Assembly (NCBI GenBank): GCA_963977445.1
Contig: CAXBPH010000172.1
Coordinates: forward strand, 1 to 14,975
Length of the DNA: 14,975 bases
From: an uncultured bacterium
Lineage (GTDB): Bacteria > Hydrogenedentota > Hydrogenedentia > Hydrogenedentales > JAEUWI01
Direction of reading: 5' to 3'
The notes under the pieces were generated by a model that was given only the letters and a program-made list of their open reading frames with translations, was not told where the DNA came from and ran no database searches. Below, piece after piece: positions 8,243 to 14,975 of the stretch. Each line of letters starts with the position of its first letter. Positions within the stretch are counted from its first letter, which is position 1. The translations under genes and the position numbers were made by a program.

Positions 8243-9478
8243 ATGAACGCGACTTTCAAAAGGTTCTTGCGGGGGCTCATCTGTCTTCACTGCATTTTCT
8301 CTTTGCCCGTGGAGGCCAGATGGACTCCTCCAGACGACACGGTTCCGGTGACTCGGCTTCTCGACAATCTTCAACGGCAGCTTGAAGCGCATCCAGATGC
8401 TCACGACCTCCTTGCCCAGATAGCCCGCGTCCACAGCAGGGCCTATGCTATGGCAGAGCAGGAATCCGAAGTCAGCTATGTGATGGGGGCACCCCCGGGC
8501 CAAGAACAACCCGAAGCAGCACCCCTTCGCCTTTATGAAGCGGGAAACACCGATTTCTGGTCGCCCCGTGAAGGTGCAAAAAACGTATCCGACGCACGGA
8601 TAGCCCATCTGAAGACCGCAATCGAGTATTACCGAAAAGCCACGGCCCATGAGAAAGCCACCGCCTACGATTGGCTCGGTCTGGGCTTCAACCTTCATGA
8701 AGCCTCGCGCATTCCAGAGCGGATGATGGACACCGGAAAAGCGCATCCGTCGGACGAAGCGGCGCAGACGGCGTGGCAACGCAAGTATGAGGATGAAGCG
8801 CTCGACGCCTATCAGACGTCTTATGATTTTGGAGGCGAACGACAAATTGAATCAGGCAGCGGCATCATGGAGATCCTCTCGAAGCGGACTGACCTGGACA
8901 AGGAAGGGCAGCGGCGTCTGAAGGCCACCCGACGCAAGGTCGTAGAACTCAAAGCCACGCGCCAACATTGGGTGACCCCGATCATTCTCCATCTGTCGGA
9001 GCGACGCACGATAAATGAACTCCTCGCACCGGAAACCCACGTGAAATTCGACCTCGATGGCTCGGGTCGTGGCGACACGTGGCCCTGGGTCCAACCCGAC
9101 ACCGCTTTTCTCGTGTGGGACGAGGACGGACGGGGCGATGTGCCCAGTGGGCGCGTTCTCTTCGGCAGTGTCACATGGTGGATATTCTGGAATAATGGCT
9201 ACGAGGCCTTAAAATCCCTCGACAATGACAACGACGGATGGCTTCAGGAGGATGAATTGCAGGGCTTGGCCCTCTGGCAGGATACCAACAGCAACGGGGT
9301 TTCGGACCCCGGAGAAGTCGTTCCGATTGAAGTCGCCGGCATCGAAGGGATCGCGGTTACGGCAACAGGGGAAGTCGACGGTATGCCGGCGAACCCGCAG
9401 GGGTTGCGCCTCACCGGGGGAAAACAGCTTCCTACCTACGACTGGATTACGCGCCCCCTCGAAAAGGAGCTACGGTGA
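8243..9478 (+). CDS. Secreted protein: TPR-like helical N-terminal region plus C-terminal FrpC/RTX self-processing-module-like Ca-binding domain (411 aa)
   Basis: ATG 8243 after a GGGAG SD. Signal peptide ending VEA. Helical TPR-like segment (LKTAIEYYRKATAHE...DWLGLG). C-terminus PIIL...FDLDGSG...W...FLVWDEDGRG...G..LFG...NGYEALKSLDNDNDG...LWQDTNSNGVSDPGE...GI matches the SPM motif series. Confidence 0.8.
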   Translation: MNATFKRFLRGLICLHCIFSLPVEARWTPPDDTVPVTRLLDNLQRQLEAHPDAHDLLAQIARVHSRAYAMAEQESEVSYVMGAPPGQEQPEAAPLRLYEAGNTDFWSPREGAKNVSDARIAHLKTAIEYYRKATAHEKATAYDWLGLGFNLHEASRIPERMMDTGKAHPSDEAAQTAWQRKYEDEALDAYQTSYDFGGERQIESGSGIMEILSKRTDLDKEGQRRLKATRRKVVELKATRQHWVTPIILHLSERRTINELLAPETHVKFDLDGSGRGDTWPWVQPDTAFLVWDEDGRGDVPSGRVLFGSVTWWIFWNNGYEALKSLDNDNDGWLQEDELQGLALWQDTNSNGVSDPGEVVPIEVAGIEGIAVTATGEVDGMPANPQGLRLTGGKQLPTYDWITRPLEKELR

Positions 9479-12444
9479 TGACCCGAGCACGGTATTGGAC
9501 CCTGATTTGTCTCCTCTTCGCATTCGCCTTCGCTCTTCCTTCCTGTCAGTCGGTGAAAAGGGACCATGGGTCCAATGGAACAGAAATATCCGGTATCGTT
9601 ATCCATGGCACCACCGGAAAACCTGTCGCAAATATCACGGTCACACTCGGCACTATCAGCCCCCTCGTGGGACGCCAGAAGATCGTCGTTCCGTACGTCC
9701 AAGGCGACCAGGCTTTCGAAGACGTCACGGATCAAAGTGGCAGATTTCGGTTCACCGGAATAGCGCAGGGCAACGTGCTTCTCATGATACAAGATGAGAC
9801 CATGGCCGCCAAAGATGGGGAAATTCCGTTGGAAGTCTCGCCGGACCAACAACACATCGAGATTGAACTGAAAGTTACGGAGGGCGCATCTATCTCGGGC
9901 ACCATATTCAACGATGGCTACTATCACGGCGTGGAAGGCGTCGAGGTCCAGGTTGTGCCTTATTACGACCAACGAGAGGAATGGGTACGTACCTACTACG
10001 GCATGACTCAGGCGGATGGAAGCTTCCATATTGGTGGTATACCGTCTGGAAATTACGAAGTACGGTCATCACCTGTCGATGGCTTCCAACAAACGTCCAT
10101 TCCCTTTCACGGTGAAGATCCGGTCTGTCAGCAAACCTATTTTCAGGGATTCCCCATGCGCTGGGCGACCCACTATGCACCCTTCGAATTTACAGTCGCC
10201 CAAGGCGCGCTCGCCCGGGGTATGGTTGTCGATGAAGAGGGCAATCCAGTTGCGGGAGCGTCTGTATATAGGTTTTCGGGAGGATCAAGTAATTCAGGCG
10301 TGCTTACGGACGCGCAGGGGGAATTCCTGCTTTGGGATTGGGAAAAGCCAGAGCTTCCGTCCATCATGGCGCAAAAGGATGGTCAATTCTCTGAGTGGCT
10401 TCGTTCGGAAGAAACCTTGGAGGACTTCGGCCCCATTCGCCTCACCCTGCGCCCCGGTGCCCGACTCCACGTCAATGTTGTAGACGAGAACGGCGACCCT
10501 GTGAGCTGGCCTTTCGAAGTGGATATCGACCTCTCCTATCAGGGTGCGAATAGTAGTCCCTATGAACGTGCGACGCTTGAAGCATCGGGTTCCTTTGCCT
10601 TCCCAATACTGCCGCCCGCCACCTACCGACTCGGCGTGCGGGGGCCACACAGGGATTACGTCCAAGAGAATCTAAAAGAATTAGAACTTCATTCCGGCGA
10701 CGATACAGAACTCACTTTGGTCGCCACCAATACGTCGGAACTACTTGGCCCGGATATCACAGGGCGCGTGATCAATGTCGACGGGCTCCCCGTCCCTGGG
10801 GCCGCAATAACCTCAACGGAAAGCGATCCCTACGAAACAACGACCGCCCCGGATGGGTCCTTCGTGTTTCGAACCAGAACAATAGAATCACTGCCCTCTT
10901 ACGTGAATTCCGAATCTGTGGAAAAAATAGATTTACGCGTCTCGGCCAATGGCTACAAAGAACTAAGTCTCACTGCAGCACCTGGGGACGGCCCGCTTAG
11001 GATTGCATTGGAACGCGCCCCGATAGTTCGCGGGCACGTCGTAGATGTTAGGACTGGCAAAGCACTCGAAGAATACACCGCCATCGCCTATCACAGTAGC
11101 GACCCCGGAAATTCCAGCCGACCCTACTGGAAGGAAATCAAGAACACGAAACTGACGCGTTTACCGGGTGGCCTATTTGCGATTACCGGAATTGCGGTGC
11201 CGGAATTCATTCTGGAAGTCGACACCCCAGCACATCAGCGTACCCATGAAATTCTAAAGCTGAAAACTGATTCCAGCGCGGACCCCGTGCTGTTTCGTCT
11301 GAATCCAGCGGGTCATCTGTCCGGCCAGATCGTAGATGTGCGAGGGAACCCGGTCAGTAGTGCCAACCTCTTTGCCAATGACCTGCGACCGCGAGACCCC
11401 GTGCGCGGGGTCCTGCCCATCTTCGCAGAGAGTTTGTCGGGGCACACAACGACGGATAGTAATGGAGCCTTTTATCTATCCTTTGAAACTATTGGTGCCA
11501 TTGAACTTTGTGTAGACAGCCCCTACCCACGTCATTGCCAAGTCGTTGAAATTCCGGCCGATGGCTTGGATGACCTCCGAATCGTAGTTCCTGATGGAGT
11601 AATGCTCTTTGGCCAAGTCACCATGGGGGGAGAGCCCTTGGCAAGCGCGAAAATCCGAATGCAGCACGCCAAACTACTAATGATCTATGCCGATGCCACG
11701 ACGGATTCGGACGGGCGATTCACCATTGAAGACGCCCCCTTGGGTGAAAACCATCTTAGCTGTACACCGGCAACCACGAGTACCAATCTCTACCAACGCA
11801 ACAAGTCAATTTCCTTCGAGGTACTTCCCGGGCAGCGAAAGGAGGTAAATATTGACCTCCTCCCTGCGCAAGCGAACCTCGAAGGCCAGATCGACCAAAG
11901 CCAGGCGCAAGAATTCAAAAGCGCTACCATCCAGATGTTGCTGCCCGATGGAGAACTTATATTGACGTCAATTCCAATTCAGGAGGACGGAAGTTTCCGC
12001 GCATCCCCCTTACCGGAGGGTGATGCCTGGGTGAGTGTTCGTGCGGAGGGAAAGCGCCGGGTGGCCGTTGCCCATCTCAAAAGCGGACAAACGACACACG
12101 TAAACTTGAGTGATACGCCGGGGGTATCGGTGCGTGGGACGTTGGCTCGCAATGGCGTAGCAGGCGATCTTTCCATAGTCGCAGTTCCGGGCAATCCCGA
12201 CCTGACCCACTATGGCACAACGTTTACGATGCTCACCTTTATCGTCGCCAAGACCGAAGTCGCAGGAGACGATTTTGTGCTTGAAGATGTCCCCACCGGC
12301 ACCATCACCCTGCTTTGTTGGCCCGCGCAAACTTACAGCACCCAAGTATACCCGCCCCCGATTGTCGGACGAACCACAATTGAAGTCGGGCCAACAGGAG
12401 CCAACGGGGTCACGGTCCCCTGCACCCCAACGCCAACCCCATGA
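9475..12444 (+). CDS. Large predicted lipoprotein with about 10 tandem carboxypeptidase-regulatory-like (CarboxypepD_reg/transthyretin-like) beta domains
   Basis: Start overlaps the upstream stop (GTGATG; alternative ATG at 9478), AAGGAG SD. Hydrophobic signal with lipobox-like LPSC. Repeated G-x-V-x-D-x-x-G-x-P-V and T-D-x-x-G-x-F motifs. Confidence 0.85.
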   Translation: MMTRARYWTLICLLFAFAFALPSCQSVKRDHGSNGTEISGIVIHGTTGKPVANITVTLGTISPLVGRQKIVVPYVQGDQAFEDVTDQSGRFRFTGIAQGNVLLMIQDETMAAKDGEIPLEVSPDQQHIEIELKVTEGASISGTIFNDGYYHGVEGVEVQVVPYYDQREEWVRTYYGMTQADGSFHIGGIPSGNYEVRSSPVDGFQQTSIPFHGEDPVCQQTYFQGFPMRWATHYAPFEFTVAQGALARGMVVDEEGNPVAGASVYRFSGGSSNSGVLTDAQGEFLLWDWEKPELPSIMAQKDGQFSEWLRSEETLEDFGPIRLTLRPGARLHVNVVDENGDPVSWPFEVDIDLSYQGANSSPYERATLEASGSFAFPILPPATYRLGVRGPHRDYVQENLKELELHSGDDTELTLVATNTSELLGPDITGRVINVDGLPVPGAAITSTESDPYETTTAPDGSFVFRTRTIESLPSYVNSESVEKIDLRVSANGYKELSLTAAPGDGPLRIALERAPIVRGHVVDVRTGKALEEYTAIAYHSSDPGNSSRPYWKEIKNTKLTRLPGGLFAITGIAVPEFILEVDTPAHQRTHEILKLKTDSSADPVLFRLNPAGHLSGQIVDVRGNPVSSANLFANDLRPRDPVRGVLPIFAESLSGHTTTDSNGAFYLSFETIGAIELCVDSPYPRHCQVVEIPADGLDDLRIVVPDGVMLFGQVTMGGEPLASAKIRMQHAKLLMIYADATTDSDGRFTIEDAPLGENHLSCTPATTSTNLYQRNKSISFEVLPGQRKEVNIDLLPAQANLEGQIDQSQAQEFKSATIQMLLPDGELILTSIPIQEDGSFRASPLPEGDAWVSVRAEGKRRVAVAHLKSGQTTHVNLSDTPGVSVRGTLARNGVAGDLSIVAVPGNPDLTHYGTTFTMLTFIVAKTEVAGDDFVLEDVPTGTITLLCWPAQTYSTQVYPPPIVGRTTIEVGPTGANGVTVPCTPTPTP

Positions 12445-12457
12445 CGCGCAGCTATCG

Positions 12458-12577
12458 CGCGTCGAGCTGGTCAAGCTGCCCCTCGATGAAATACGTCAGG
12501 GACTGAAAAGAAAACGCTTCGAATGCGCCAAGACGATGCTGGCGCAGTACGCGCGAGTGCAGCATCTGGACGGGTAG
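12458..12577 (+). pseudogene. Diverged duplicate of the last 39 codons plus stop of nudF
   Basis: RVELVKLPLDEIRQGLKRKRFECAKTMLAQYARVQHLDG* versus nudF RIELVRMSLDEVRHGLKEHRFEDAKTVVALHALLQHLDG*. Ungapped, 88/120 nt and 24/39 aa identical (manual count) to 7924-8043. Confidence 0.9.
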
Positions 12578-12703
12578 GTCCAATCTAGAAATCGAGTACC
12601 TGGCAAATTCGGTGTAGTAGCCATCAAAGAGAATCGGAAAGGGTGCCACCTATACGCGGAGGAGCGCAGCGGGGGAGCTTATGGGTGCAGTCCGCCACTA
12701 TCG

Positions 12704-13456
12704 TCATGCTCCCTTAACACCATTCGTTCCGATACCCCTCATTACCTCTTTCAGCCGATCACGGAACGCATTGAAGGAGGGCATATCAATCTTCCCGGAG
12801 TCAATTCGCCCCTCTTCAACAAGCCTGCAGAGCATTTCTCTGGTTGGCTTCTCGCCAAGTAGGGCTTTCAGTTCCAGCTTAAGAGGGGATTTGGCCTTGG
12901 GGCTCCCAGAACGTTCTTCCAAGGCTTGGCATCGCTCATAGGGATTGCTCTTGAGCGCACAGAGAATCCATGCTTCGGAAGTGGGTTTCGGTATCATGGG
13001 AACCCCCCGTGAAAACGACTCGTGACGAAACCCCAAGAGCATGGCGTCCCACTTAGCGTTCCACTCACCTCGTCCTGAAGAATTATTGGTGTCTACATCG
13101 TGAAACAGAATGGCGACGACTTCGTCATGCTTTTCCTCCTCCCACCGCTTCGCCCATCGCGCCATTGCCCGTGCGGACCGCTCGAAATATAGTGTTTCTT
13201 TCGGCGAGCGGTGCCCAGACAACCTCAGCCTCTTCTTCTGCCCCTTCAGATCCGCCACTTCAGCATTGAGTGCCGCTCGTTTCACCAGCGCACAACACAA
13301 AGAGCCGAGTGGCGAGTAACCAGCTTCTGCTTCGACAATTTGACACGCCAAGTTAACCATCGGTCCTGCCAGGAATTCTTTTCCTTCGCAGACGCGATCA
13401 TCAAACGTACATGTGCCGCAATCCGATGCCCCTTCCCCGCTGAACAAAAAGTGCAT
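12704..13456 (-). CDS. TOPRIM-like putative nuclease (DUF4276/RloB/AriB-like), partner of the ABC ATPase, 250 aa
   Basis: Beta strand followed by GEGASD at the N-terminus, AILFHDVD (DxD), SEAWIL (ExW), and C-terminal PSFNAF. The ATG directly abuts the ATPase stop (TAGATG). Confidence 0.7.
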   Translation of the reverse strand: MHFLFSGEGASDCGTCTFDDRVCEGKEFLAGPMVNLACQIVEAEAGYSPLGSLCCALVKRAALNAEVADLKGQKKRLRLSGHRSPKETLYFERSARAMARWAKRWEEEKHDEVVAILFHDVDTNNSSGRGEWNAKWDAMLLGFRHESFSRGVPMIPKPTSEAWILCALKSNPYERCQALEERSGSPKAKSPLKLELKALLGEKPTREMLCRLVEEGRIDSGKIDMPSFNAFRDRLKEVMRGIGTNGVKGA

Positions 13457-14599
13457 CTACGCCCCCGACACCGCCGAATTCAATTCTTCACTCAAGGCCG
13501 TGAGATTTGTATCCACAAAGACTTCGCCCGGCCCCATCACCTCCAGCTTATCTCGCATCGATGGTATTTCGAAAAAGCGCTTCGAACGAGTCCCGCCATC
13601 GGGCCCCTTATGCAGAAAAACGACGCTTTCACGCGCCAAATCATCATCCAGATAATTTAGAATCATAGGGCTATGCGTAGTCACCAAAACCTGATGCGAC
13701 GCGGCCGTTAGCTTCTCAATGAGCGCCTCGATTAATTCCGGATTTATGCCGTTTTCTATTTCGTCAAAAAGCAGAAAACTGTGTTCGCTGCGGAGCGCTA
13801 CAAGAATTGCAAGGGTACGCAGTAAGCCGTCATTCATGTGCTTCGAGGTGGACATAAGGTGGGATTGCGTCTCGTAGGCCTCGTGGAGGACCAATTCCTT
13901 CCAGCCTCCCTGATGGCTTTGGGGGAACACGTTTTCGAGGTGTGGGTAGAGTTTCGCCAAATCGTCTACAATGGCTGCTCGCGAATGTTCGGACAAGGCG
14001 TCGAAAAAAGAAGCCAAGTACTCGCCACTGTGACCGATCGAGTCGCGCTGCTGCCGATCTCGCCGACGTAAAAACTGGGGAGCTAGCGTATCGAATGCCC
14101 GAAGATGTCCGACAAATTCCTTTAGTTTTCGAATGGGTTCAGGCAGCGCCTCGTTTCGCACGATGTTCGTGATGGAACCTCGATATGCCAAACTCGTTGT
14201 ATCAAACGTCTTACCACCTGAAATACCCGAGTCAACGCCCAACAAATTTGTCTTGCCACCATCTAGCCATCGCGATTCACCGCCAGTGTGGATACCCTCC
14301 CGTATACATCGCCGAGATTCAACGTCATACTCGCCCGACCACGTCCCGGCATCTGAAAACATCAGGTCAAATTCAATTGTCGTCCTGCTCGGAGCGGCGA
14401 CATCGGCGAAATCCCAGTCCCGTGCGTCAAACCACTCGTCAACATCACCGGCGAGTACATGTGAGATAAAATCAAAAAACTGCAAGACTGTCGACTTCCC
14501 ACAGCCATTCAGTCCGATGAGGCAAGTAAACGGGGACAAATCCAGTTCAAAGTCTGTCAAGGACTTGAAGCCCGTGACGCGAACCTTAGTCAATCGCAT
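13457..14599 (-). CDS. ABC-type ATPase (AAA_21/AAA_15 family), 380 aa
   Basis: N-terminal GFKS, Walker A GLNGCGKST, signature-like MNDG, Walker B/D-loop LLFDEIENG, H-loop VTTHSP. Start placed at ATG 14599 (MRLTKV) after a GAAAGG SD. Confidence 0.9.
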   Translation of the reverse strand: MRLTKVRVTGFKSLTDFELDLSPFTCLIGLNGCGKSTVLQFFDFISHVLAGDVDEWFDARDWDFADVAAPSRTTIEFDLMFSDAGTWSGEYDVESRRCIREGIHTGGESRWLDGGKTNLLGVDSGISGGKTFDTTSLAYRGSITNIVRNEALPEPIRKLKEFVGHLRAFDTLAPQFLRRRDRQQRDSIGHSGEYLASFFDALSEHSRAAIVDDLAKLYPHLENVFPQSHQGGWKELVLHEAYETQSHLMSTSKHMNDGLLRTLAILVALRSEHSFLLFDEIENGINPELIEALIEKLTAASHQVLVTTHSPMILNYLDDDLARESVVFLHKGPDGGTRSKRFFEIPSMRDKLEVMGPGEVFVDTNLTALSEELNSAVSGA

Positions 14600-14627
14600 A
14601 GTTACGCCTTTCTGTTCTCTTGCCCAC

Positions 14628-14636
14628 ATTATGACA
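14628..14636 (-). promoter_or_regulatory. Candidate extended -10 promoter for the ATPase operon
   Basis: Minus strand TG-T-CATAAT about 30 nt upstream of the ATPase start. Confidence 0.4.
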
Positions 14637-14714
14637 CATGTCCCCCAAAAACTGGATCAAACTGGATTGAAACCGCGCGAAGCGCTCCAAGCCGCCTAAG
14701 GACACCCCCAAAAC

Positions 14715-14744
14715 TTGACCCAATCCGCCCCCAATTAGTATGCT
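14715..14744 (+). promoter_or_regulatory. Candidate sigma70 promoter of aspS
   Basis: TTGACC (14715-14720), 18 nt, TATGCT (14739-14744), about 66 nt upstream of the aspS start. Confidence 0.55.
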
Positions 14745-14754
14745 ATGTCCTTTC

Positions 14755-14780
14755 CACCCGGTAGTTTCCGGGTGCTTTTT
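14755..14780 (+). terminator. Terminator-like hairpin in the aspS 5' leader
   Basis: CACCCGG-tagttt-CCGGGTG perfect 7-bp stem followed by CTTTTT. Confidence 0.4.
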
Positions 14781-14810
14781 CCCCCTAGAAACTGTCCATG
14801 TGAGGCCCCC

Positions 14811-14975
14811 ATGCATCCATTCAGAACACACACCTGCGGCGAATTGCGCAAGGATAACGTCGGTGAGACGATCCGCCTTTCCGGCTGGGTACACCGCAAG
14901 CGCGACCACGGCGGCGTGATCTTCATTGATCTGCGCGACCACTACGGCCTGACCCAGGTCGTCGTCAATCCCGAT
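14811..14975 (+). CDS. aspS: Aspartate-tRNA ligase, 5' end (truncated by the window edge; missing from the ORF track)
   Basis: Manual translation [55 protein letters not shown] is the classic bacterial AspRS N-terminal OB-fold. GAGG SD. Confidence 0.97.
   Translation, partial: MHPFRTHTCGELRKDNVGETIRLSGWVHRKRDHGGVIFIDLRDHYGLTQVVVNPD

Noticed and set aside
7924..12577. Diversity-generating retroelement TR/VR pair (nudF end versus its copy)
   Set aside because: Mismatches are not adenine-specific, many are synonymous third-position changes, and there is no reverse transcriptase in the window.
12212..12577. 121-aa ORF as a real gene
   Set aside because: Its first two thirds overlap the lipoprotein gene out of frame. 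Only the last 39 codons are meaningful, as the nudF remnant.
12578..12703. Small minus-strand ORF or ncRNA (retron-like) downstream of the TOPRIM-like gene
   Set aside because: No convincing RBS, fold or homology, and no reverse transcriptase nearby. It may be decayed coding DNA, but this cannot be supported.
14586..14942. 118-aa minus-strand ORF
   Set aside because: Antisense shadow of aspS and its promoter region.

Overview
GC-rich bacterial window. The protein repertoire (CarboxypepD_reg-repeat lipoprotein, HEAT-repeat protein, BD-FAE-type esterase) suggests Hydrogenedentes or a PVC-like lineage; this is inference only. Left part: a long imperfect hairpin (11-93), a HEAT-repeat gene, two tandem paralogous secreted beta-rich proteins, a DUF695/RraB-like gene, a secreted alpha/beta hydrolase and a NudF-type Nudix hydrolase. 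About 6.6 kb of accessory-looking DNA lies between nudF and the 5' end of aspS, in two modules. Module 1 is a two-gene cassette: a secreted helical protein ending in an FrpC self-processing-module (SPM)-like domain with Thr-Pro in place of the scissile Asp-Pro, plus a 989-aa repeat lipoprotein. It is bracketed by the real nudF 3' end and a diverged 120-nt second copy of it (88/120 nt, 24/39 aa identical by manual alignment). Module 2 is a translationally coupled ABC/AAA_21-type ATPase plus a Cys-rich TOPRIM-like protein, with PARIS/DUF4276-like defence architecture. No integrase, transposase, tRNA, rRNA or CRISPR array was seen. All family assignments come from motif recognition, not database searches.
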